This document shows, one piece after another, positions 30,414 through 39,294 of a stretch of DNA of 64,000 nt. Source of the DNA: an uncultured Gammaproteobacteria bacterium (GTDB lineage Bacteria > Patescibacteriota > Microgenomatia > UBA8517); NCBI GenBank assembly GCA_964600575.1, contig CAZRJH010000002.1, positions 53,627-117,626 of the forward strand, read 5' to 3'. The notes below the pieces were generated by a model, which had not been told where the DNA came from, ran no database searches, and saw only the letters and a program-made list of their open reading frames with translations. Numbering within the stretch: the stretch's first letter is position 1; every line of letters starts with the position of its first letter. Both the position numbers and the translations under genes were made by a program.

Positions 30414-30806
30414 TTATTTTTGAAGAGAATGCAGGTAATTTTGAAGCATTACCGTGGCCGCGTAAGCATCTTCCTTTTCTTTAAGTTTCTTTCTTCCTAT
30501 ACCAACCTCCCTTGCTGCGGTTTGGGCATCCTGCGTTGAGAGGGTCTCATCAAAAAGGTCTATTTGTAAACCGTTTGTAATTTCGGCCAGGTCATCTGCA
30601 AAATCCTCAATTTCTTTAGCCATTTTACCTTCAGAAATTCCCACAACTATTTTTTCCGGGTTTTCTATGCTTATTAATTCGGCGAGTCTGTCTAAACATT
30701 CTTTATAACTAGGCGCTCTGATAACCTTGAAGGGTTCTACAAAACCGTTAACAGAAACAGAAACACCAACCTTACTTCTTCCGTAGTCGATTCCAATTAT
30801 TTTCAT
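30414..30806 (-). CDS. ruvX: RuvX/YqgF pre-16S rRNA nuclease
   Basis: IIGIDYGRSKVGVS; IVVG; DETLST; DAYAATVMLQNYL. Confidence 0.93.
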   Translation of the reverse strand: MKIIGIDYGRSKVGVSVSVNGFVEPFKVIRAPSYKECLDRLAELISIENPEKIVVGISEGKMAKEIEDFADDLAEITNGLQIDLFDETLSTQDAQTAAREVGIGRKKLKEKEDAYAATVMLQNYLHSLQK

Positions 30807-30879
30807 AATTATCAAATTATACAAAATTCATCCATTGGTGAACTTTGTTCACACAAAATTATTAGTAGAATTTTATATG

Positions 30880-31569
30880 CTAAGTAGGCGGCACAACTCT
30901 CGCTCTTACAACGAGTCTCTTTGGCTTACCCGGGTCCCCGGGCGGAACGCAAGTAACCAAAGTTAAAAAAGAGTCTGAAGAATCCTGATCTAACACTTGT
31001 ATATCTGTTGGCAACACTTCGAACATTGACTCGACCCTGTAAACATAAGATATACCGTCGTAACTGACATTTATATCATCTCCCTTTTTAAGGGTAGGGA
31101 GTAATGAAAAAATTGATAAGTAGTTTTTTGGGTCGTAAAAAATCGGCAAAATCGAGTGTCCAAAAATAGCCGCATTTCCCCTTTTTCCCGGCAGAGCCGT
31201 TCCCGGATATTGAATAAGGTGACTACTTAGGTCTTCTCCACCGATTGCAACAGTTGCGGATTCTATTTTTAACCTAGGAATAGATATTGTATAAAACTCA
31301 ACCTTAGAAGAAATAAAGTCGTTTTTTGTTATATCGCCACCCTGGAACCAATTGCTGGCCTGTGTGTAGTCTATGCTTTGAGAACTATTTGCAGACTCAA
31401 CAACAGGGTTGGCAGAATTTTCTTCTGAAACAGGAGAAAGAAATTGTGGAATTTTATCGGAATAGATTTTGTTATAAGAAAGGATTGGGTAAAAAACCCC
31501 TGCAAGAATCACAAGGCCCGATATTCCGGATATTAAGGCTGATATTCTGAGAATTGTTCTTTGATCCAT
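30880..31569 (-). CDS. Sortase (class D/E-like)
   Basis: N-terminal TM; GNAAIFGHS (His), LTLVTC (Cys), KRLVVRA (Arg). Confidence 0.93.
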   Translation of the reverse strand: MDQRTILRISALISGISGLVILAGVFYPILSYNKIYSDKIPQFLSPVSEENSANPVVESANSSQSIDYTQASNWFQGGDITKNDFISSKVEFYTISIPRLKIESATVAIGGEDLSSHLIQYPGTALPGKRGNAAIFGHSILPIFYDPKNYLSIFSLLPTLKKGDDINVSYDGISYVYRVESMFEVLPTDIQVLDQDSSDSFLTLVTCVPPGDPGKPKRLVVRARVVPPT

Positions 31570-31607
31570 CCCATCAATATATCTAAAAATTGTAAAGAAG
31601 TTAAGGT

Positions 31608-33845
31608 TTAATCGTCAGATCCAGAAACTATCTCTATATGATCTAACACTCTGGGAAGTGTTTTGAAAATTATTGGGTAAGGAGGGTTGATGTTCATATG
31701 GACATCAACAAACCCTGCAACATGACTACCAAGATAACTTCTTACTGCCGTTTGGCTTTTTCCTGCTATATCGCGTTTAATTTTAGGTTCATCTAAATTT
31801 GGCAGGAAGTTTCCGGTTACCTTAACCTGGTATTTATAATTATTGTCAGTTTGTTCTATGAAACCAAACTCAAACTTTATTTGAGCATCCCTTAGAACAA
31901 ACCCGTTTGGCGTTTTGTCTTTAAGTAGGTTTTTTGCAAATTCAAAAAGTTTTAATTTATCTGCAGCCAAAGTGTTTGCACTAAGTTCCATATTTAAGGT
32001 CACATTATCAGCTTCCTCACCAAGCTTGTGATCAAAATTTGCTTGGGAAACCTCGCTTGATACAAAGTCTGATACCAATATTTGACTTTCCTCAACTTTA
32101 ACCAACAAGCTATCTTTTGCTTTAGATGAAAGTTCCTCTTTAAGTTGTGTCTCCAAAGTTTCAATATCAACCTTACTTACCGCAGAAATTTGCCTAGAAC
32201 TTCCACCAGCAAAGTCTGATATTGATGTGGCATCAACTTCTGCCTTTGGATAGTTACCGACTTTAAAAACTTCACTTTTAGCCAAGTTGTATTCGGCTCC
32301 AATTGAATTGGCCGTTACCGCAAGACTCGCCGTTCCTGGTGAAGTTGGGGAAAGTGCTGCAGAAACAGAAGCCGCCTGATCCAAATCAAACTTAAGATTA
32401 CCCGAAGAAATCAAAATCGTCCCTGCAGTAAGATTTATTGGAAAAGCAGTTCCGTTTTGGATTTGAACTGTTCCTTTTGCTTTATCACCTATCAACTTAC
32501 TTCCTGTGGCAGCTTTAGTCTTCCCGCCGCTAACTTTTGATTCAATCATCTTTGCTGCCACAATGCCTGTAGACAAATCTGTTTGTCCGTCGGTATTAAA
32601 TACCACCTCAGCCTCCTCCTGGAATGTCTGGGGCTTGATAGTGATATTAACTTTAGCGGTTGGAACAAACCACCAATACACTCCCCCTCCGATAAACAAA
32701 AGTACTATGGCAATCAAAATAGCAGGCTTTGGACCTTTTGTATGGGATGTGTTGACCTTTAAAGAGAATGTTAGCCTTTTAAGTGTTGATCCGATTTTTG
32801 TTTTAAACCTTAGAAAACTTTCTTTAAAATTAAACTTTTGCCTAGGGTGGGCGATTGGTACAACCTTGGGAGGTTGGTGAGTTGGTAAAGCTCCTTGCAT
32901 ATTTACAGGGGGTTTTTCGAATTCTTTTACAATGTTAACTTCCTCTTTTTTGTTTAAACTTACATCAGTATCAATAGAAAAACCCAAATCTTCCGGAGTT
33001 ACTTCGTTAACCTCCCTTAAGTTGTCATCTTCCGGTACAAAGGCTAAGGGGGTGGGTAATTCTTCCGCTTTCTCTTCATATTTAGCAACTTTAAGCACGT
33101 CTCCAATTTCATTTGCACCTGCAAGCGAAGTTGCCAAAACCTTGCGTTCGGAAATAAGTATTTCCGCTTTTGGCGTATGCAAAAACTTTACCTTGTCGTT
33201 TGTATCCCAATTGTGTTTAAGAAGCTGATCTTTTGCTTCTTCCAACTCTCCACCTTTACCGTCGAAAAGAATAAATCTGGAAGGCAAAGGGTTTGCACCT
33301 TCGAATCTGGATAAACCTTCCGAAACATCGTCAACCAAGGAAACACTCCTGGCCACCTGAGTTGTACCTACTAAATTTCCTAAAGAAAATACCGATATTT
33401 CCAGATTATCTTTGGATAAGCCCATTATTATTGCATTAACGGGAGTTCCTTCTTCTGATTTATACAAATGTGCGACTGCTTCCGGTAAGACCACAAAACC
33501 AACAGGTGTCAACGAAAGGTCTACACAAAGCTTTTTAATAATCTTAAGGTGATCCTCGTTTATCTCACCGTTTTTTACCCAAGACGAAGGGACACCAAAA
33601 ACTGTTTTGTTTGGCTCCGGATAATCTTCCGGTATTTTTTGAACTGCAGTAGAAAGGGCTGTATCAGTTGCACCAACCAGCTCATCTTGTGTTTCCCATG
33701 CAGTGGCGTGCGAGGTACCGACAACATTTGCCACAGAAGAATCAATATACCAAATACCCGCCTGAACCCAACCTTCTTCTAAAACCAAAGACCAATAAAG
33801 TTCTGGCGGTTTACCTTTGTTGGACAAAAAATCTTTTAAATTCAT
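31608..33845 (-). CDS. Degenerate FtsA/actin-like domain, TM, baseplate J-like domain fusion
   Basis: N-terminus has FVVLPEAVA and AIIMGLSKDNLEISVF (FtsA-like pattern); single TM ILIAIVLLFIGGGVYWWF; then KAKGTV.I.N...GTIL...F...VTA..IGAEYNL...FAGG. Confidence 0.65.
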   Translation of the reverse strand: MNLKDFLSNKGKPPELYWSLVLEEGWVQAGIWYIDSSVANVVGTSHATAWETQDELVGATDTALSTAVQKIPEDYPEPNKTVFGVPSSWVKNGEINEDHLKIIKKLCVDLSLTPVGFVVLPEAVAHLYKSEEGTPVNAIIMGLSKDNLEISVFSLGNLVGTTQVARSVSLVDDVSEGLSRFEGANPLPSRFILFDGKGGELEEAKDQLLKHNWDTNDKVKFLHTPKAEILISERKVLATSLAGANEIGDVLKVAKYEEKAEELPTPLAFVPEDDNLREVNEVTPEDLGFSIDTDVSLNKKEEVNIVKEFEKPPVNMQGALPTHQPPKVVPIAHPRQKFNFKESFLRFKTKIGSTLKRLTFSLKVNTSHTKGPKPAILIAIVLLFIGGGVYWWFVPTAKVNITIKPQTFQEEAEVVFNTDGQTDLSTGIVAAKMIESKVSGGKTKAATGSKLIGDKAKGTVQIQNGTAFPINLTAGTILISSGNLKFDLDQAASVSAALSPTSPGTASLAVTANSIGAEYNLAKSEVFKVGNYPKAEVDATSISDFAGGSSRQISAVSKVDIETLETQLKEELSSKAKDSLLVKVEESQILVSDFVSSEVSQANFDHKLGEEADNVTLNMELSANTLAADKLKLFEFAKNLLKDKTPNGFVLRDAQIKFEFGFIEQTDNNYKYQVKVTGNFLPNLDEPKIKRDIAGKSQTAVRSYLGSHVAGFVDVHMNINPPYPIIFKTLPRVLDHIEIVSGSDD

Positions 33846-33871
33846 ATTAGCTGGGCAGCCCTATTAATATA

Positions 33872-35683
33872 TCAGGTTAATGACGCATATATCCTGATTA
33901 TTCCGGAACCAATACTCTCCTGCTTAATTATACTCACTCCTCCAATCTCACCAGTGTGGGTTACGTGCGGGCCGCCGCAAATTTCTTTAGAAAAAAAGTT
34001 ACCATTTGGATCACCAACAGTATAAACTTTTACCTCTTTGCCATATCTTTCCGCAAAAAAGTGAAGTGCACCTTCTTTAATGGCATTTTCTAAAGATTTT
34101 ATTTCAAAAGTCATAGGCAGATCTTTTTTGATTTGTTGATTAATCAAATCCTCCACCCCTTTCAACTGCTCAGGTGTTAACTTTGATGTGTGAGAAAAAT
34201 CAAATCGCAATCTTTCTTTAGTAATATGGCTTCCTTTCTGGGAAACATGTTCGCCTAAAATCTTTCGGAGTGCTGCGTGCAAAAGATGAGTTGCCGTATG
34301 GAGTTTTGTGATATCGACATCGGACTTATTTTCGAGCCCACCCTTAAATATTCCCGAGGATGTCGTCCTTGAAAGCTCTTTGTGCTTTGCAAACTCCGAT
34401 TCAAACTTATTCTTCTCCTCATCTGTAAAACTCATGCCGTTTTGGCGAAGTATCTCCAGTGTTAATTCCAAAGGGAACCCTTCTGTTTGATATAAGTCAA
34501 AAGCAAAGCTTCCGTTAATTTCTGTATTTTTGGAAACGGCTGCAGTTAACTTGGCAAGACCACGCTTAAGTGCTGATTCAAATTTACCGGCTTCAGTATT
34601 TAGGTTTTCCTCTATAAACTGCCAGTTTTTATCTATGTTGGGATAAAACTGTTTAAGATCTTCCGCAACATGGGAAACACTTCCACCCGAAATACCGCTT
34701 CCCAACAAATGGAAGTGAAACATGGCGCGTCTTATGAGTCTTCTTAGTGCATATCCTTGAAGTTTGTTAGATGGGATAACACCTTCTGCAAGTAAGTTTG
34801 CAGAGGCTCTAAGGTGGTCTGCAATTATCCTTATGCTTTTATCTTTACTACTGTCTCCGCCATAGTTTATCCCCGCTTCTGCTTCTATTTTTTTGATAAT
34901 CCCCCGGAAAATATCAATTTTAAAAACATCCGGATCATTATTTAGCGCCGCAGATATTCTTTCTAGGCCACCTCCAAAGTCGACATTCTTTTGGGGAAGT
35001 TCTTCTAAGCTTCCGTCAGACAATTTTTTGTACTGCATAAAAACAGAATTTCCTATTTCCAAAAACTTTCCGCAATCACAGTTGGGATGACAAAACTTAC
35101 CAAATTCGGAAGAGTGACTCACCGATTCAAATTCAAAAAAAACTTCCGAATCAGGGCCTCCTATTTCACCGTCAGGCATTTTTTCCGGGGCACCCGCTCT
35201 ACTCCACCAGTTTTTGTCGGTTCCATAAAAGTGTATATGGCTTTCTTCTACTCCGAGACTCCTCCATATCGAAAAAGATTCTTCGTCCTTTGGAACACTG
35301 TCTATTCCAGCAAAAACCGTTACATGAAGTTTTTCTTTGGGAAGTCTAATCTCCTCGGTAAAAAAATTCCAAATCCAGGAAAGCTGCTCTTTTTTAAAAT
35401 AATCACCAAACGACCAGTTACCTAACATTTCAAAAAAAGTTGTATGGCGATTATCCCCAACTTCTTCTAAATCTTGAAGTCTAAGCGAAGGTTGAGAGTC
35501 GACAACTCTTTTACCTTCAGGGTGCGTTTCTCCTTTTAGGTAGGGTACAAGTTGTTGCATTCCCGAAGAAGTAAAAAGTGTCGTCGGGTCGTTTTCCAAA
35601 ACCAAAGGAGAGGGTGAAATAATTTTGTGATTTTGTTTTTTATAAAAGGCAAGATATTTTTCGCGAACTTCCGTCGTTGTCAT
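33872..35683 (-). CDS. alaS: Alanine-tRNA ligase, short form without C-Ala domain
   Basis: DPTTLFTSSGMQ; HTTFFEMLGNWSFGDYFK; editing motifs HTATHLLH and EICGGPH, after which the protein ends. Start at ATG 35683. Confidence 0.97.
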   Translation of the reverse strand: MTTTEVREKYLAFYKKQNHKIISPSPLVLENDPTTLFTSSGMQQLVPYLKGETHPEGKRVVDSQPSLRLQDLEEVGDNRHTTFFEMLGNWSFGDYFKKEQLSWIWNFFTEEIRLPKEKLHVTVFAGIDSVPKDEESFSIWRSLGVEESHIHFYGTDKNWWSRAGAPEKMPDGEIGGPDSEVFFEFESVSHSSEFGKFCHPNCDCGKFLEIGNSVFMQYKKLSDGSLEELPQKNVDFGGGLERISAALNNDPDVFKIDIFRGIIKKIEAEAGINYGGDSSKDKSIRIIADHLRASANLLAEGVIPSNKLQGYALRRLIRRAMFHFHLLGSGISGGSVSHVAEDLKQFYPNIDKNWQFIEENLNTEAGKFESALKRGLAKLTAAVSKNTEINGSFAFDLYQTEGFPLELTLEILRQNGMSFTDEEKNKFESEFAKHKELSRTTSSGIFKGGLENKSDVDITKLHTATHLLHAALRKILGEHVSQKGSHITKERLRFDFSHTSKLTPEQLKGVEDLINQQIKKDLPMTFEIKSLENAIKEGALHFFAERYGKEVKVYTVGDPNGNFFSKEICGGPHVTHTGEIGGVSIIKQESIGSGIIRIYASLT

Positions 35684-35707
35684 GCGTAAATTATATAGCA
35701 TTTAGGC

Positions 35708-35747
35708 AAAAAAAATAACCGCGGCGGTGTTTTTGTCGTCGCGGTTA
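35708..35747 (-). terminator. Intrinsic terminator
   Basis: TAACCGCG...CGCGGTTA followed by T8 on the minus strand. Confidence 0.82.
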
Positions 35748-35756
35748 GCTGATTCG

Positions 35757-36104
35757 TTACCTATCCAATAGGGCGGCAAAGTTCGGAATTGCTGTAATGG
35801 CTAAAACCGAAAGGCCTTTCAGGTAAATAATCATATACTCAAAATTGACGGATGTAATCAGGGTTGCAAAAGCTCCGCATACGGCAAAGACAAGCATCAT
35901 AATTCCAACTCCCAACAGTCCGTATTTGAACTGGAAGAAGGAGAAAACGAGTCCTACCCCACCCATGATCAAAATCATAGCCTCAACCCCACCCAAATCA
36001 GTGCTTGGGTTGCCTGCGAGATAGTTGAAGTTATTGACCGCCAAAAGGACCAGAATCACGATCCAGCAAATTCCGGAAATCCAGTATGGAAACTTAATGT
36101 TCAA
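35757..36104 (-). CDS. Small four-TM membrane protein
   Basis: Four hydrophobic segments; TAAGGAG SD before the TTG start; own TG-T-TATAAT and own terminator. Confidence 0.75.
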   Translation of the reverse strand: MNIKFPYWISGICWIVILVLLAVNNFNYLAGNPSTDLGGVEAMILIMGGVGLVFSFFQFKYGLLGVGIMMLVFAVCGAFATLITSVNFEYMIIYLKGLSVLAITAIPNFAALLDR

Positions 36105-36151
36105 GGCTGACTCCTTAATTAAGAACTAATATGCTATGGGGATTATAACAT

Positions 36152-36385
36152 TCAACCACCGTGGGTCTCAATTTTTTTGTTTTTACGAAGAATTTCCATA
36201 ACAGAGGTAAGCTTCTCCGGCCTAATAAGACCTCCTCCTAAAATTGAATCTTCCAAGATACTGTTTAGCCTTTTAATAGCCTTTCTTAGATCAAAGATAA
36301 CCAAAACTACCTGAACACCGACTATAACCAAAAGAAGAGTAAGACTTATTACAACCACAACCAAAAGTGTTTGAACTGAATCCAT
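36152..36385 (-). CDS. Small single-TM/coiled-coil protein
   Basis: Long N-terminal hydrophobic helix followed by LRKAIKRLNSILED; abuts the upstream gene. Confidence 0.75.
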   Translation of the reverse strand: MDSVQTLLVVVVISLTLLLVIVGVQVVLVIFDLRKAIKRLNSILEDSILGGGLIRPEKLTSVMEILRKNKKIETHGG

Positions 36386-36386
36386 A

Positions 36387-37010
36387 TTAGTTAACTATTA
36401 TTTTACGCGAAACAGTACTCTCTTTACCAGAGCGTGATACTGCTTTCACCTTAACTTCGCCGGTCAACTTATCAATCCCTAACTCAACTTTAAATTTGCC
36501 GTTATCTTCAACCAACACAGGTTGATTATTAATTGTAATTTTGGCATCGATATCAGTAGTTCCAAAAACCAAAACCGTGTTTCCTATAATGCTTTGGTTT
36601 TCTTTTGGACTATCTAAAATTATTTTCGGGGGTGCTGTGAATTTGTAATATTGAAAACCCAAATAACCAATAATGAAAAGGGCAGCAATTCCCACACCAA
36701 AAACAAAAGTTGTTTTAGGCCCCCAAACCAACTTCCTATTAGCAACATCCGGTTTGGGATTAATTGCCAGTTTTTTAGGAGGATAATCTCTTTTTAAAAC
36801 AGCAACAGTTGTAACTTCATCTAATCCTAGAGCGCCGGACATACTTTTTACAAAACCCAAAACAACCGGGAAGGCAGGTAGATCGTTCCAGGACTCGGAT
36901 TCTATAGACTTCAAAAAACTTACTTTTATTTTTGTAGTTTCTTCCATATCAGCAATGGAAAGTTTTTTTTCGACACGGGCATTTTTTAATATCTCGCCGA
37001 TTGTTTTCAT
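36387..37010 (-). CDS. RodZ-like protein (HTH, TM, Ig-like domain)
   Basis: IGEILKNAR...TKIKVSFLKSIE...GFVKS HTH; TM; C-terminal SPKEN...VFGTTD...ITIN...GKF beta-sandwich; downstream of ftsK. Confidence 0.82.
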   Translation of the reverse strand: MKTIGEILKNARVEKKLSIADMEETTKIKVSFLKSIESESWNDLPAFPVVLGFVKSMSGALGLDEVTTVAVLKRDYPPKKLAINPKPDVANRKLVWGPKTTFVFGVGIAALFIIGYLGFQYYKFTAPPKIILDSPKENQSIIGNTVLVFGTTDIDAKITINNQPVLVEDNGKFKVELGIDKLTGEVKVKAVSRSGKESTVSRKIIVN

Positions 37011-37092
37011 AATGTTCTACATTGTACAAAATTCATCCTTGGAGATTCTTTGAATCGTTTAATCCCTCAACAGAATTTTGTATAGGTTATTC

Positions 37093-39219
37093 TTACTGCT
37101 GTGCGGGCGGTTGTCCGAATGAGGCAAGGAATTCTTCTGCATTTTGGACCAAAACATCTCTGGGTTTGCTTCCACCGTCACTGGGGCTTATTACCCCTGC
37201 AGCCTCCAGTTGATCAATTACCCTTGCAGCCCTTGAATAACCAATAGAAAGTCTTCTTTGCAACAACGAAGCACTTGCCCTTTCGTACTGGCACACAACT
37301 CTCACAGCTTCTTTAAACATGTCATCAACAGCTCCCTCTACGCCGGGAACTGTAACAGCGCCTGGTTTTGCACTTGTAGTTACTTCTTCTGTGTACTGAG
37401 GCGTAATTCCCTGATTTTTAATAAAAGACACAAGACTGTTTATCTCTTTGTCGTTTACAAAAGCTCCTTGGATTCTGAGAGGCTTGGCTTGTTCAGGGGG
37501 TAAATAAAGCATATCTCCTTTACCCAATAGTTTCTCGGCACCTTGTGTATCCAAAATAACCCTAGAATCTATCTGTGAAGAAACGGCAAATGCAATTCGG
37601 GACGGAACATTGGCTTTGATAAGACCAGTGATAACATCAACCGACGGCCTTTGAGTTGCAAGAACCATGTGTATTCCGGTTGCACGACTCATTTGGGCAA
37701 TTCTTGTAATTGCATCTTCCACCTGAACAGGCGAGAAAAGCATAATATCCGCAAGTTCGTCTATAACAACAACAATATAAGGAAGTGCCTGAAACCCTGA
37801 CATCTCGTTGTATGCTTCTATGTTTCTAGCTCCTGCTTGGGCAAATTGTTTATAACGCCTGTCCATTTCGTTCATGACCCAATTTAGAGCGTTTATAACT
37901 TTTTCCGGTTCGACAATTACCGGAGTTAAAAGATGTGGTATTCCGTTGTAACCCGTCATTTCTACCCGTTTTGGGTCAACCAAAATAAGCTTAACCTCAG
38001 TGGGCGCAGCCCTGAATAAAATTGATGCCAAAAAAGTGTTAATACAAACAGACTTACCAGATCCTGTTTGTCCCGCGATCAAAACATGAGGCATTCTGGC
38101 AACATCAGCAACAATAGCTTTGCCTGAAACATCAAAACCCAAAGCAACGGCAAGTTTTGATTTATGGCCCAACATCTCATCAGATGTCATCATCTTTCTT
38201 AGGCTTACAAATTCAGCGGATCTATTTGGAAGTTCTATACCTACAAGGTTGCGTCCGGGGATCGGGGCCTCGATTCTTATTGTTCCTGTAGGGGCCGAAA
38301 GAGCCAACGCTAAATCTCTTTCTAGAGATGTAATCTTGGAAAGTTTTGTTCCTAACGCAACCTCCAGGGCATACTGCGTAACCGCCGGTCCAAGATTAAC
38401 TTCCACTACATGAGCTGTTATTCCAAAAGACTCCAGGGTCCTTTCGATTGTGTCGGCATTACCCTTAATATCTCCTCTTTCTGCTTTTCCGTTTTCTGCC
38501 TCACTTAAAAGATTTACCGGTGGATACTTCCAAATCATTTCTTCTCCGGGAACATTGCTAACCAATTTTTGCTCCAAGGGTTCGTGTGGAGTCGAAGCAG
38601 GAACTGCCGCTTTGACAGGTGCAGGTGAATGAGAGTTTATTGTTGGGTTAGAGCCCCCTCCCATAACTTTAATAGGACCACTACTCATGGGTTTGCCGCT
38701 TCCTCCAATTTTGATTTGGTTGTCACTTTTTACATAGCCCCCCGCAGTTTTGAAAAAGCCCTGTAAATACTTCATAACAACATCTATCGAGGTGTTAAAA
38801 AGTACAATAAGTCCTACAAAAGCAGACCCTAAAAAGACGATCGCAGCACCGACTCCTGTGATTAGTGCGGATATTGCTTCCCAAATTCCAATACCAAAAA
38901 CGCCGGCTCTCCCCATTGCCATTACAGACACAAAAAACAGAAGCCCGCCCACAATAACATTGGGTTGCCCCAACGGAAACTTAAATTTAGAAACTAAAAA
39001 TGCAAAAGATAATGCTATAAAAGGCAAAAATATTGAAGACCATCCGAAATATGTTGACAATAAATCGTTAAATCCGCGCAAAATAGCTCCTTGTTTGGAA
39101 AAAGAGATAAGAATAAGGGCGGCTAGTCCGAAAAAAAACACCTGGGCAATAGAAAAAGTAGTTTCTTTTTTGAGTTTTAGCTTGAATCCTCTCTTCGTAA
39201 ATCTTTTTCTTTGCTTCAT
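37093..39219 (-). CDS. ftsK: DNA translocase FtsK/SpoIIIE
   Basis: Four N-terminal TMs; PHVLIAGQTGSGKS; IDELAD; ATQRPS; gamma domain ASASLLQRRLSIGYSRAAR. Confidence 0.98.
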   Translation of the reverse strand: MKQRKRFTKRGFKLKLKKETTFSIAQVFFFGLAALILISFSKQGAILRGFNDLLSTYFGWSSIFLPFIALSFAFLVSKFKFPLGQPNVIVGGLLFFVSVMAMGRAGVFGIGIWEAISALITGVGAAIVFLGSAFVGLIVLFNTSIDVVMKYLQGFFKTAGGYVKSDNQIKIGGSGKPMSSGPIKVMGGGSNPTINSHSPAPVKAAVPASTPHEPLEQKLVSNVPGEEMIWKYPPVNLLSEAENGKAERGDIKGNADTIERTLESFGITAHVVEVNLGPAVTQYALEVALGTKLSKITSLERDLALALSAPTGTIRIEAPIPGRNLVGIELPNRSAEFVSLRKMMTSDEMLGHKSKLAVALGFDVSGKAIVADVARMPHVLIAGQTGSGKSVCINTFLASILFRAAPTEVKLILVDPKRVEMTGYNGIPHLLTPVIVEPEKVINALNWVMNEMDRRYKQFAQAGARNIEAYNEMSGFQALPYIVVVIDELADIMLFSPVQVEDAITRIAQMSRATGIHMVLATQRPSVDVITGLIKANVPSRIAFAVSSQIDSRVILDTQGAEKLLGKGDMLYLPPEQAKPLRIQGAFVNDKEINSLVSFIKNQGITPQYTEEVTTSAKPGAVTVPGVEGAVDDMFKEAVRVVCQYERASASLLQRRLSIGYSRAARVIDQLEAAGVISPSDGGSKPRDVLVQNAEEFLASFGQPPAQQ

Positions 39220-39294
39220 ATCAGAGTCTGCAGTGTAAATGCATTGTACAGCTTACAAAAAGTTCTTCAAAGCTTCAAGCCTGTAATATTTTGG

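Noticed and set aside
31608-33845. Prophage or contractile injection system suggested by the baseplate J-like domain
   Set aside because: No sheath, tube, spike, terminase, capsid or integrase nearby; the flanks are housekeeping genes.
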